A stretch of DNA of 64,000 nt from Thermoproteota archaeon. Its GTDB lineage: Archaea; Korarchaeota; Korarchaeia; Korarchaeales; Korarchaeaceae. The notes under the pieces were generated by a model that did no database searches, was not told the DNA's origin, and saw only the letters and a program-made list of their open reading frames with translations. Positions within the stretch are counted from its first letter, which is position 1; every line of letters starts with the position of its first letter. The stretch spans positions 160,001 through 224,000 of the forward strand of contig JAOZFG010000004.1 of NCBI GenBank assembly GCA_027491435.1. The letters run 5' to 3'. Made by a program: the position numbers and the translations under genes. Below, in pieces: positions 47,013-57,041 of this stretch.

Positions 47013-47243
47013 TTACTTCTTCCAGATAGCCTCGACGGCAAGCTCTATATCCCTGTCGGTTACGGTCTTCCTTTTGGCATGCCTAGCAAGGTCAACAGCA
47101 TACTTGCTGACCTCATGGGCGAACTTCTCAAGGTAGTAGGCCAGTCTGGCCTTGGCCTCATCGCTAACCCTCTCGGCACCGGCCTCCTTAATTATCCTAT
47201 ATATGGGAGCTAGGGGTAGGTGCTTGGTCGGCCGCTGGGGCAT
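47013..47243 (-). CDS. Archaeal histone (HMf family)
   Basis: LPLAPIYRIIKEAGAERVS...AKRKTVTDRDIELA; SD GAGGTGA 5 nt before ATG. Confidence 0.95.
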   Translation of the reverse strand: MPQRPTKHLPLAPIYRIIKEAGAERVSDEAKARLAYYLEKFAHEVSKYAVDLARHAKRKTVTDRDIELAVEAIWKK

Positions 47244-47894
47244 ACGTCTCACCTCTTAACAAACCCTACTATAGGGCTACGTATTCTCGTGGATGGATAA
47301 ATATAAGTATTTCCCATGAGGGTGCATCTCCACCTCCATAAAATCGGGTGAAACAGTTTCAACCAGCATCATGATGGGATCAGGTGAAATTATGGGAATT
47401 AAGGGGTCAAATCACCTGAGAGCTAGTATCATATATATCATCAATTATACCAAGAATTACAATCTAAAATAATATTATCCCAATTTAGTAACTATTATTT
47501 TTGTTAATAGTTATTGTTTACCTAATTATGTTGATAAGCTCTCTCAATCATTGGATGATCGGTAGAGTCGCCATATGCCGCTATTTCATAGTTATATAAG
47601 TAGTTGGATGTATGATCATCGAGCATTTGATTCAGGAAGCTTCATAAAGGATATGGCCTACATATGACAGTCACATGGTTAATGGAGCCTCTAATGACGA
47701 TTATCAAAAAATATAATAATATTGGAAAATTTAATTAATTATATAAAATTAAAATGTTGACAGATGGACTCTAATTGGTCAATAAACTCCCGCAGGATCT
47801 AATTATGTTCCAAGCCGAACGGAGATGCCAGAGCCACCACATGTCGGAACGGCACCAATAAATAGGGCCGTGTGGCCATGGAAGTGGGGATCAA

Positions 47895-48578
47895 ATGGAG
47901 AGTAAGGTGGCCATTCTCTGCTCAACTGATTTCTTTTGGGGGACTGAGCCGGTCGATTTGATAAATTTTCTAAGAAAAAGCGGGTGTGATGGCATAATTT
48001 TGTCAACAGAACCTCCTCACTATTTCCCGCCTAACATGAACAAGGCAACCCTTTTAGAGCTGAGGGCCCTCCTTAAGAGGTTTGAGGGGATAGTGACCGT
48101 TAGAGCTCCCACAACAGATGTTAACATGTTTTCGAAAAATCCTTATGTGGCAAAAGCATCTCTCCAGTCCATACTTGAGGGAATTAACCTGGCAGCCAAG
48201 CTGGACCCTGACTTCGTTATAGTGAGGCCGAGTTACAGGCCTGTGGAGATGTCCCCTTACAACACCCACAAACTCAAGTCGCTGATCCAGAGGATCCCCC
48301 GTAGCATGTATGTGGCTTTTGAACTGTTCAACTCGCCAGAAGACCTCTCAATATTTGATGAGAGGACTGCATTAATTTCAGTGGCCGGGTACAGACCCGC
48401 TAGGCGGAGGGTCGTGGGAGTGGCCTACGAAGTTGAGGGTCCAGAGGAGATGAGGCTGATCCCCGGAATAACGTCCTTGAAGTACATGCTCCTTTACCCG
48501 AAGAGGAGGTTAATGGACCCAGATTTCCTGAAAAAAATAGTTGTTAGGGCGAGGGAGCTGAGGGAGAGGATCATTTAG
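47895..48578 (+). CDS. Degenerate xylose-isomerase-like TIM-barrel protein
   Basis: VTVRAP.TDVN..S.N...S...I..A..L pattern with His ligands replaced by Arg. Confidence 0.55.
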   Translation: MESKVAILCSTDFFWGTEPVDLINFLRKSGCDGIILSTEPPHYFPPNMNKATLLELRALLKRFEGIVTVRAPTTDVNMFSKNPYVAKASLQSILEGINLAAKLDPDFVIVRPSYRPVEMSPYNTHKLKSLIQRIPRSMYVAFELFNSPEDLSIFDERTALISVAGYRPARRRVVGVAYEVEGPEEMRLIPGITSLKYMLLYPKRRLMDPDFLKKIVVRARELRERII

Positions 48579-49321
48579 AGGTAAACCTCCTGCCTCTCCC
48601 ATCCCTCCAAAATTCTCTCAATCTCCTCCTTGATTAGGCCGATCAACCTGTTTGCATACTCCTCAGCTTTTTCAGGTGAAGGCACGAAAACCCTAGTGTT
48701 CGGTTCGTAGGTTAGTATGGAGCCAGGAGCCGGCATGACGGATACTCCTTTGCTGTACTGGTAGACCTCTCCCTCGTCCACATTCCCCTTAACCAGCCTG
48801 TGGTCTACAGCCATTATCATGGCCGTCTCGTCAGTGCCAGCGTGGCCTCCAGGGGTACCAAAAACCTCCTTAGCCACTTCAGAGCCCAGCTCCCACCAAT
48901 TGATTACGGCGCTCCTAACCCCGTGTTCCAACCAAGCTCTCTTCATGGCCGATTTTATGGCCTCCATGTGCCCTCCTCCGCCATGTCCGTTTATTATTAT
49001 CACCTTCTCAAGCCCATTAGCGTGGAGCTCAACTAGGGCGTCGTAAATCAACGATTCGAAGGTCTCCTTCCTAAGAGTTAGGGACCCCCAGTAGCCGCTG
49101 AGGGAGCTGACAACCCCGTACCTTATTGGAGGCGCTATAAGGGCGTTCAGGTCCTCAGCTATTCGCTCAGCGATCCACTCAGGTATTAGGAAGTCGGTGC
49201 CCAGGGGCAAGTGATTTCCATGGGCCTCATTTACTCCTACGGGGAGTAGAGCCACATCAGTGTCCTCCAAAGCCTCCCTGAATTCAGGCCAGCTCAAGAG
49301 CCACATCCTCCTCTCCATCAC
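48575..49321 (-). CDS. Creatininase-family amidohydrolase
   Basis: LPVG..EAHG.HLPLGTD, INGHGG, GHAG.DET. Confidence 0.92.
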   Translation of the reverse strand: MMERRMWLLSWPEFREALEDTDVALLPVGVNEAHGNHLPLGTDFLIPEWIAERIAEDLNALIAPPIRYGVVSSLSGYWGSLTLRKETFESLIYDALVELHANGLEKVIIINGHGGGGHMEAIKSAMKRAWLEHGVRSAVINWWELGSEVAKEVFGTPGGHAGTDETAMIMAVDHRLVKGNVDEGEVYQYSKGVSVMPAPGSILTYEPNTRVFVPSPEKAEEYANRLIGLIKEEIERILEGWERQEVYL

Positions 49322-50637
49322 ATCACCTCCTTAAGAAACTCGTCTATAACATCTTCAAGGGTTAGCGGACCTATCTCCTGCAGTTCGTACTTGACGTGCA
49401 CTGTCGGCTTGTTGACTTTGAGGTAGCGACCCAGGTCAGTGGGAGTGCCAAGCACTATAGAGTCGGCGGGTATCCTGTTCAATATGTCCTCCAGCTCCTT
49501 TATCTGCCTCTTGCTGTAGCCTACGGCTGGTAGGACCTCCCTAAGGTGGGTGTACTTCTCATAAACCTCCTTGTACGAGCCTGTCACGTAAGGCCTGGGG
49601 TCAACGATCTCAGCCCCTAACCTCTTGGATATCAAGTAACCGGCCCCGTAGCCCATCTCCCCATGGGTCACTGTTGGACCATCCTCGACGACCACTACCC
49701 TCTTGCCAGATACCAGATTCGGCTTGTCCACGATGAAGGGCACGGCAGCCATTATCACCTTGGCCTTCGGGTTCACCTTCCTGACGTTGCTCAACACCTC
49801 CTCCACCTGCTCGTTACATGCCGTGTCCACCTTACTCACTATTATGACGTCGGCCATCCTGACGTTTACGCTTCCTGGCCAATAAGTTAGCTCATGACCA
49901 GCCCTCAAGGGATCCACGACGGTTATCATGAGGTCTGGCTTGAAGAACGGGAAGTCGTTGTTGCCCCCATCCCACAGAATTACGTCCCCCTCCTTCTCAG
50001 CCTCTCTCAACACCTTCTCGTAATCTACTCCGGCAAGTACAACGTTTCCTAGCCTTATATGGGGCTCATAGTCTTCCCTCTCCTCTATGGTAGCCTCATA
50101 CCTGTCCAAATCATCCAGACTTGTGAACTTCTGCACTACCTGTTTTCTAAGGTCTCCATAGGGCATAGGATGCCTTACCACCGCAACCTTTAGCCCCCTG
50201 GCCTTCAAGATTTGCGAGACCCTCCGGCTAGTTGGACTCTTGCCTGCCCCCGTTCTAACCGCCGTTACCGCTATGACTGGCTTTGAGGCCTCTAACATGG
50301 TGCTTTTAGGACCTAGGAGCATGAAATCAGCTCCATGAGCTTGGGCTAGGGCAGCTCTCTCCATTATGTACTGGTGAGACACGTCGCTGTAGGAGAAGAC
50401 CACCAGGTCGACGTCGTTCTCCTCAATCAGCTTTGGGAGCTCCTCTTCAGGAACTATGGGGATCCCTTCCGGATAAAGTCGGCCCGCCAGCTCTGGCGGA
50501 TATGTCCGGCCGGCTATCTCAGGCAGCTGTGCGGCGGTAAAGGCTACTACCCTATAATCCTCGTTATCCCTGAAGAAGACGTTGAAGTTGTGGAAGTCCC
50601 TACCGGCCGCACCCATAATTATGACTTTCCTTACCAT
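49318..50637 (-). CDS. arcE: cDPGS-like P-loop enzyme of the arginine synthetase (ArcE) type
   Basis: IMGAAGRDFHNFN, AVRTGAGKS, RHPMPYG, TIEEREDYE, WDGGNND, EDGPT.THG. Confidence 0.75.
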   Translation of the reverse strand: MVRKVIIMGAAGRDFHNFNVFFRDNEDYRVVAFTAAQLPEIAGRTYPPELAGRLYPEGIPIVPEEELPKLIEENDVDLVVFSYSDVSHQYIMERAALAQAHGADFMLLGPKSTMLEASKPVIAVTAVRTGAGKSPTSRRVSQILKARGLKVAVVRHPMPYGDLRKQVVQKFTSLDDLDRYEATIEEREDYEPHIRLGNVVLAGVDYEKVLREAEKEGDVILWDGGNNDFPFFKPDLMITVVDPLRAGHELTYWPGSVNVRMADVIIVSKVDTACNEQVEEVLSNVRKVNPKAKVIMAAVPFIVDKPNLVSGKRVVVVEDGPTVTHGEMGYGAGYLISKRLGAEIVDPRPYVTGSYKEVYEKYTHLREVLPAVGYSKRQIKELEDILNRIPADSIVLGTPTDLGRYLKVNKPTVHVKYELQEIGPLTLEDVIDEFLKEVM

Positions 50638-50695
50638 GGTCACCCCCATCACCTACTAGGAAAAGGCTTTAACGTTTACCTGCTCGGGAAAGCCC

Positions 50696-51658
50696 GTGAG
50701 GGGAGAGGAAGAGTTAATAGACCTAATAAGGGAAATTGTCGGGAGGGACGAGGAAGAGCTTCTGGGAATTGGTAGGGACGACGCTTCAGCGAGGAAATTG
50801 GACAAAGGCGTGTACGTGTTCAACGTAGACTCGCTAGCAGAGTCCTCCGACATGCTTCCTGGCATGAGTTTGAGCGACTTCGGCAGGAAGGCCGTCATCT
50901 TCAGCTACTCTGATCTAGCCGCTAAGGGGGCAAGGCCCCTATTCTTTATGGCATCGCTGACGTTACAGAGATGGAGGTCCACGAGGGATTTTGAGGAGAT
51001 CATCAGGGGGGTAGAGGAGGGAGCACGAGAGTACAACACTCACTTGGTGGGAGGGGATCTAGGCTCCGGGGACGAATTAAATATAGCGGGCTTTGCGGTG
51101 GGTAAGGTGGTAAATAAGCTGGTGAGCAGGTCGGGATCAAAGCCCGGTGATCTAATTTACGTGATAGGGAAATTCGGCCTAACTTGGTTGGCCTTCAAAC
51201 ACCTGCTCGAGGGGATGGAGCTCCCGAAGAGGTTGGCCTCTAGAGCTCTAAGGTCAGTCTACAGGCCAATCGCTAGGGTCAGGGAGGGCCTCCTAATATC
51301 GAGTTATGCCACCTCATGCGTAGACAGCAGTGACGGCCTGTACAGGTCCTTAAAGGAGCTATCCAAATCGTCGGGGCATGGATTTAATGTGGAGAGGCTC
51401 CCCATAGATGAGGAGGTCCTTAAGTTCGTCGAGAGGAAGGGAATAGACCCGATGGAGCCAACATTTTACGGCGGCGAGGAGTTCCATCTGGTGTTCACGG
51501 TTAGCGAGGATGTGGCCCCGGCGATGGAGGCGGACCTGAGGAGAGAGGGGCTCTCCCCAATAGCTATAGGGAGGGTGGTAGAAGGTAAGGGGGTACTATA
51601 TAAAGGAGAGGAGGTTCCAGCTGGCGGTTGGAACCACTTCTCTCAATCCAACTCGTAA
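50696..51658 (+). CDS. thiL: Thiamine-monophosphate kinase
   Basis: GRDDA, SDLAAKGA.P, VGGD, DSSDGL, GGEEF.LVFT. Confidence 0.9.
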   Translation: MRGEEELIDLIREIVGRDEEELLGIGRDDASARKLDKGVYVFNVDSLAESSDMLPGMSLSDFGRKAVIFSYSDLAAKGARPLFFMASLTLQRWRSTRDFEEIIRGVEEGAREYNTHLVGGDLGSGDELNIAGFAVGKVVNKLVSRSGSKPGDLIYVIGKFGLTWLAFKHLLEGMELPKRLASRALRSVYRPIARVREGLLISSYATSCVDSSDGLYRSLKELSKSSGHGFNVERLPIDEEVLKFVERKGIDPMEPTFYGGEEFHLVFTVSEDVAPAMEADLRREGLSPIAIGRVVEGKGVLYKGEEVPAGGWNHFSQSNS

Positions 51659-52278
51659 ACCCTCCCTGGTTCAGGCACTATAACCTGGGTCTCCAGCCCC
51701 ATGGCCTTCACCTTAATTGAGAAGTCCTCCATCTCCTGAGGCTCCCCGTGTATTGGCACAGATACCAGGGGGACGAGCTCTTTCGCCATTTTTGACGCAT
51801 CTTTAGGGCTTGCATTGGGGGAAGGTTTACCTACTGGTAGAAAAGCCACATCAACCGGGGAAAACGCCTGGAAATAAGAGGAGTATCCGGAGCTGTCCCC
51901 ATGGAATATGGCCTTCCCTCCGACCTCGATCAGGTATACCAGCGGATGAACCCCCGGGTGAACGGCCCTAAGGGCATGCACTTTAGCGAAGTCCAAGTCC
52001 ACCATCTCGCCTGCCTTGAGCTTGGTTAACTTATCGTCAGGAACCTTTCTCCTTATCAGCTTAAAAACGCCCTTATTGACGACTAAGTGGGGCCTATGAG
52101 CCTCGTATATAGCCTTTAGGTTCATATAATCGTAATGGCCACTGTGTTCGTGCGTGTAGAGTAGGAGGTCTACTCTATCCACATCGCTGGGCTTCACGAG
52201 GTCTCCTGGGTCCACCAATATTGATATTCCCTCAACCTCTAGGAAAACAGCAGAACGCCCTGCCCAGAAGAACTTCAA
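51643..52278 (-). CDS. MBL-fold metallo-hydrolase
   Basis: VDP, THEHSGH, FHGDS, VPIH. Confidence 0.85.
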   Translation of the reverse strand: MKFFWAGRSAVFLEVEGISILVDPGDLVKPSDVDRVDLLLYTHEHSGHYDYMNLKAIYEAHRPHLVVNKGVFKLIRRKVPDDKLTKLKAGEMVDLDFAKVHALRAVHPGVHPLVYLIEVGGKAIFHGDSSGYSSYFQAFSPVDVAFLPVGKPSPNASPKDASKMAKELVPLVSVPIHGEPQEMEDFSIKVKAMGLETQVIVPEPGRVYELD

Positions 52279-52661
52279 TCAGATCCCCTCTTCAACTTGA
52301 CCAGCTTCCCCGTGTACAGCCTCTCTAAAACTTCAAGTCCCTCTACAACCTTTCCTAGGTAGCTTACCGGTTCTTTGAGCTTGGCGTCCCTCAACGCTAT
52401 CACTATCATGCCCTTTGCCGGGGAATAGCCGACTTGCCCCTTCCTTAGGAACCTCTTCTCCTTCTCTATCCTGGTCTCTATAGGAAATCTTATGTAGACC
52501 AAGTCTTTATCCTTCACGATCATCCCGGTCCTTGGGAGGTTTCCGAAAATCCTCTCGGAGGTGAAGGGAGAGAGGTGCCTTAAGAGCTCCAGCCTGACCC
52601 TATCTTGGCCCTCCTCAATCAATATTGTGTACTTCTCAAGCCCTTCCTGTTTAGCTCTCAA
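52275..52661 (-). CDS. Cyclophilin-like fold protein
   Basis: EL.RHLSP.T...LP, GQVGYSP, PVSYLGKV..GLE. Confidence 0.7.
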   Translation of the reverse strand: MRAKQEGLEKYTILIEEGQDRVRLELLRHLSPFTSERIFGNLPRTGMIVKDKDLVYIRFPIETRIEKEKRFLRKGQVGYSPAKGMIVIALRDAKLKEPVSYLGKVVEGLEVLERLYTGKLVKLKRGSD

Positions 52662-52832
52662 AAGCTTTAACCACCTCCTACATCGGATGGGAGGTCAAAT
52701 CAGCCAGTAGAGTGTGAGTGAGGTAACTAAATAAAGTTTCCCTTCAGATTCGCGTGCCCACTCAAATCAATTAATTTAACCGGAGAGAGATTGCACGAAA
52801 TTAACTATAAATTGGGGGGCCTTAAGGTACCT

Positions 52833-53102
52833 CTAAGATCCCTCAGACTCCCTTTCAACCTTGACTTTTGCCTTGGCCCCTCTATATATCCTCAACCTTG
52901 AGTTGCCGTCCACGTAGACGACTAGTCCCTCCTCCTGGAACTGCCTCAACAACTTCCTAGCGACGCTCACCCTTATGTTGTACTTCATGGCCAGCGACTG
53001 AGGGGTCACAACCCTAGCCCTGGAAACTTCCTTTCTTATCTGCTCCATGACCTTAGGGGAAACTTCTAGCTCCCTAGTTACCTTCTCAGCCTCGGCGCTC
53101 AT
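52833..53102 (-). CDS. rps25e: 30S ribosomal protein S25e
   Basis: KEV....VVTP..LA.KYNIRVSVARKLLR...EG...IY. Confidence 0.9.
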   Translation of the reverse strand: MSAEAEKVTRELEVSPKVMEQIRKEVSRARVVTPQSLAMKYNIRVSVARKLLRQFQEEGLVVYVDGNSRLRIYRGAKAKVKVERESEGS

Positions 53103-53192
53103 ACCGACACCGGGTTATCCACAACACGTCAGTATAAAAACTCGCCGCCTGACGCGTGGAACTAGAAAATTAGGGAAAGGGGATTGCTCCCC

Positions 53193-54290
53193 CTACTCAG
53201 ATCCCTTCTCGGCCTTATAGCCGACAACCTTGTCCTTGATCTCCTCAATTCTCTTCCTAGAAAGTGGCAGCTCTGGGCGCTCCGGCAGTATTCCCTGAGG
53301 CCTGAAGAGGGCTATGAGTACTATTATTGAACCTATTAACATGTACTCAAGCCAGTTCGGGTTTATTGGTATGTAGTTGGTCAGCTCCGACTTGTAAGCG
53401 TATATCAAGCTCCTGAATATTGAGAATATCAGAGTTCCCAAGACTATGCCGTAGTTGTTACCGGTCCCCCCTAACATCATGAAGGCCCATGGCCAGAAGG
53501 TCCAGGTCAACCTGTTGTAAGTCAGGGCCTTAAAGCTACCGGTGTATGTGGCCCAAAGGGCTCCTCCTATAGCTGCTAGAGCTCCACCTATTATAAGGGC
53601 TTGAGCCCTCAGCTTAACTATGTCCTTGCCGTACACCTTAGCGGCCAGCTCATTATCCCTCATGGCCTTGAGGGCCCTTCCAAACGGGGACTTAGCCAAG
53701 CTCTGAACGTAAATTAGAACTAGTATTGCTATCCCCAGTATTATCATGGTGCTCCCAAGGTACTTTATCTTACCTGTGCCAACGAACCTGAACAGGTCGG
53801 GGACAACTATACCAGCAGTACCGCCAGCTAGCGGGTCATAGTACTTCCCTATTATCTGGAGAGCGTCTCCGAAGGCGAGGAGGGTTATCCCTAGGTAAGC
53901 CTCTTTAAGCCTTATGGCAGGGTACGAGACTATGTAGCCTATGAAGCCGCCAAAGGCTGCAGCTATTATCAGGGACATGATCAACATAGCTATTGAGAGT
54001 CCAGGATTCTGGGAGAATATTGAGTTCAGCTTCTCCACTATCTGTAGGTTCTGATCCCCTACGTATTCCACGCCCCAAGGCATTCCGAACATGGCCGCCA
54101 TTATCCTTCCTGCTATCGCTCCAGCAGCTATCGCTCCAGCTAGTACAGCAAGCACCCTGCCGAACTGAGGTATGCCGGCGAACCCAGTCTCTAGGTTAAG
54201 GCTCAGGGTCACTATAAGGAATATGGCCATGTTTATTAGAATGCTTAACAGGAGTGGGTTAGTTAGTAAGTCCAACACATCGCTCAACAT
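53193..54290 (-). CDS. livM: Branched-chain amino acid ABC transporter permease
   Basis: SLNLETGFAGIPQFG, YLGITLLAF, SPFGRALKAMRDNE.AA...GK. Confidence 0.88.
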   Translation of the reverse strand: MLSDVLDLLTNPLLLSILINMAIFLIVTLSLNLETGFAGIPQFGRVLAVLAGAIAAGAIAGRIMAAMFGMPWGVEYVGDQNLQIVEKLNSIFSQNPGLSIAMLIMSLIIAAAFGGFIGYIVSYPAIRLKEAYLGITLLAFGDALQIIGKYYDPLAGGTAGIVVPDLFRFVGTGKIKYLGSTMIILGIAILVLIYVQSLAKSPFGRALKAMRDNELAAKVYGKDIVKLRAQALIIGGALAAIGGALWATYTGSFKALTYNRLTWTFWPWAFMMLGGTGNNYGIVLGTLIFSIFRSLIYAYKSELTNYIPINPNWLEYMLIGSIIVLIALFRPQGILPERPELPLSRKRIEEIKDKVVGYKAEKGSE

Positions 54291-54295
54291 AGGAA

Positions 54296-55255
54296 TCACC
54301 TCCTCTTTAACTTACTGAAGACCTTCTCCCAGTTTATCCCTGCCAATCCCTGCGGGTATACTAGGAGCGTGGCGGCCATGGCGAGTAGAGGGATCAAGGG
54401 CTCATAGACCACTAGTTGCCTACCGAAGATGCTGGCTATTAAGTTTATCAGAATGTACTCGCTAAGGCCTATCAGATATCCGCCTAGAAAGGACCCGTAT
54501 ATGGAGTAGAGACCACCGACTATGGAGGCAGCGAACTCAGGAACTATCACCACGTTACCTGTGTATGGGTTGCCACTTATGACTAGGGAAAGGACAGCCC
54601 CACCTAGTCCGGCCAAGGCCCCTCCAACGAACCAGGATACTAAGTATATCACCTCGGTGTTAATTCCTAGGATTGAGGCTAAGTCTGGGTTCTCCACGGT
54701 GACTCTGAAAGCTATACCAAACTTGGTTCTGGTTAGCGTGAAGTAAAAGAACAGCGCTATGGCTACCACTATCAGCACTGATACTATGGTTATCGCCTTC
54801 AATTTGAAACCAGCTACCTCGCCCAACACCATGTCGTGAGTGGTGAGCACTATTAGCCTTGAGTTAACCTTGTATTCACTCGTCAGATAATCGGCGAACA
54901 CGTTTATAAATGCAAAGAATATAAGGTCTATGCCTAGAGTTGACATCATTAAGGTGACCATGTCGGCCCCCTTCTTCAAGAGCCACTTGTTGACTACCAC
55001 GTAAGTTATGACTCCCAAAATTCCTGAGAACAGAAAGGCTACTGGGAAGTAATAGTAGGGGTTCCCTCCGAAGAAGACCTTGTAGAGGGAGAATATTATG
55101 TAGAAGCCCCACGCCGTCATTGACGCGTGAGCGAAGTTGAAGGTGCCTGTGGTCATGTAGATTAGCGTAATACCAGCAGCTGCGAGGGCTATTCCCCCGG
55201 AGTAGCCTATGGCCGTCATGATCACCTGAATGAAAGAGCTTGAAACCATCAGCAT
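54296..55255 (-). CDS. livH: Branched-chain amino acid ABC transporter permease
   Basis: GITLIY.TTG.FNFAH, TKFG.A.R...ENP.LA...GIN, ASIVGG. Confidence 0.88.
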   Translation of the reverse strand: MLMVSSSFIQVIMTAIGYSGGIALAAAGITLIYMTTGTFNFAHASMTAWGFYIIFSLYKVFFGGNPYYYFPVAFLFSGILGVITYVVVNKWLLKKGADMVTLMMSTLGIDLIFFAFINVFADYLTSEYKVNSRLIVLTTHDMVLGEVAGFKLKAITIVSVLIVVAIALFFYFTLTRTKFGIAFRVTVENPDLASILGINTEVIYLVSWFVGGALAGLGGAVLSLVISGNPYTGNVVIVPEFAASIVGGLYSIYGSFLGGYLIGLSEYILINLIASIFGRQLVVYEPLIPLLAMAATLLVYPQGLAGINWEKVFSKLKRR

Positions 55256-55497
55256 ATTTACAACCTCCCGCCGAGGCTGGGGACGTGAATTGTGTCGGAC
55301 CTACATATTATAAAACTTAAAGGTTTGTCTAAAGGGCCTTAAAGCCTGTTTTCTAGGTCCCGTTTACCTGATACTCAAAATCTAATACTTTTGGGTTCGA
55401 AAACGCTTCCGAAAGCCCCCGCTTACATAGAAACGGTTATATATAACACTTCCCTCGATGCCCGGGGTTATTCCCCGACGTATGATGGGGTGATATT

Positions 55498-56901
55498 ATG
55501 TCCCAGAAAACCGCCTACGTACTCATGTTAGTACTCCTTCTAGTGGGCATTGGAATAGGATACGCCATCGGAGGTGGAGGAGGCGCTGCCAAGACCGTCA
55601 CCGTCACCGGTCCTGCCAAGACTGTCACAGTCACGATTACCAAGACCGCTGCCACAACTCCTGCTAAGACCACCACCCAAGCTCCAGCAAGCAAGCTCAA
55701 GGGTGAGATACCCATAGGGGCTCTGCTCGGCCTGACTGGAGGTTTGTCTTCCTACGGAGAGAATAGCAAGGCAGCCTTGGAGCTGGCTGAGAAGGAGATA
55801 AATGACTGGCTCGCCTCTAAGGGAGCTGCCTGGAGGATAAAGGTCTACTATGAGGACACCGCCACTGACCCCAAGACCGCTCTGGACAAGGTTCAGGCCC
55901 TGCAGGCCAGAGGCGTCAAGATATTCATAGGTCCCATGAGCAGCGCCGAGGTTAAGGAGATAAAGAGCTACGCAGATAGCAACAAGTTGCTGATAATATC
56001 CCAGTCCTCAACTTCACCTAGGCTGGCCATACCCAACGATATGATATACAGGTTCTGTCCCACCGACGAGATACAGGGTCCTGCCACCGCCACTGCTATG
56101 TATGAGTTGGGAGTTAGGTACGTCGTCCAGGTCTGGAGAGGCGACGAGTGGGGTGACGCTCTAGCCGCTAGGATAGACGAAGACTTCGAGGCCATACTTA
56201 AGAAGAAGGGTGAGCAGGGCGAGATATACGGCAAGAAGAACGGCAAGGGTATAAGGTATGACCCGCAGGCCGCTGAGTTCTCTGCAGTCGTGGCTCAGCT
56301 TGATGCCCTCGTCAGCGAGCTCATAGACAAGTACGGAGCCGACAAGGTTGGAGTCTCCTTCATAGGGTTCAACGAGTACGTGCAGTTTGCCGCCGTTGCC
56401 TCTCAGTACGAGTCCCTCAAGAAGGTCAAGTGGTTCGGATCTGATGGGACTGCTCTGCTCAGTGAGATAGTTGAGAACAAGGATGCTGCAGCCTTCGGAT
56501 ACGAGACCAAGTTCATAAGCCCGATATTCGGTGCTGAGTCCCCGGTGAAGAAGAAGGTCGAGGAGTACGTCAAGAAGAAGCTCGGTAGGGCACCTGACAG
56601 CTACGCCTACGCTGCTTATGACGCTCTCTGGGCTGTTGCTAAGGCCCTCGATCAGATAGGTGAGTACGATCCCGTTAAGGTCGCCAAGCTCCTGCCCGAG
56701 ATAGTGAAGAACCTCAACGGAGCCACCGGAAACTTCGAGCTCAACGAGAACGGCGATAGGGCCGCTTCAGACTACCTGTTCTGGATGCCCTACAAGAAGT
56801 CCGACGGCACCTACGAGTGGAGGCTTGCCGGCATCTACAAGTACACCACTTCCAGCATGGTCTGGGAGGACTGGTTCTTAAAAGAGATTGGCAGGAAATA
56901 A
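55498..56901 (+). CDS. Branched-chain amino acid ABC transporter substrate-binding protein
   Basis: TM anchor and Thr-rich linker; IGALLGLTG.L...G, EDT..DP, IGPMSS, YDAL. Confidence 0.9.
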   Translation: MSQKTAYVLMLVLLLVGIGIGYAIGGGGGAAKTVTVTGPAKTVTVTITKTAATTPAKTTTQAPASKLKGEIPIGALLGLTGGLSSYGENSKAALELAEKEINDWLASKGAAWRIKVYYEDTATDPKTALDKVQALQARGVKIFIGPMSSAEVKEIKSYADSNKLLIISQSSTSPRLAIPNDMIYRFCPTDEIQGPATATAMYELGVRYVVQVWRGDEWGDALAARIDEDFEAILKKKGEQGEIYGKKNGKGIRYDPQAAEFSAVVAQLDALVSELIDKYGADKVGVSFIGFNEYVQFAAVASQYESLKKVKWFGSDGTALLSEIVENKDAAAFGYETKFISPIFGAESPVKKKVEEYVKKKLGRAPDSYAYAAYDALWAVAKALDQIGEYDPVKVAKLLPEIVKNLNGATGNFELNENGDRAASDYLFWMPYKKSDGTYEWRLAGIYKYTTSSMVWEDWFLKEIGRK

Positions 56902-57041
56902 ACAAAAATACTCATCTTCTCTATTTTTATATTGATTGTTATTGACTATATATCATTGATTCGTATATGCTTATACCAAAATTTTACTGATCGATTCCAT
57001 AAACTTATTATTTATACTGATCGAGTAGCGAGGTGGTGGGC

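Noticed and set aside
46790-47900. Integrated element at tRNA-Arg
   Set aside because: No integrase gene and no duplicated tRNA 3' end (att site) found in the window.
55585-55680. Short direct repeats encoding AKTVTVT
   Set aside because: Ordinary Thr-rich linker of an archaeal solute-binding protein, not a CRISPR array or mobile repeat.
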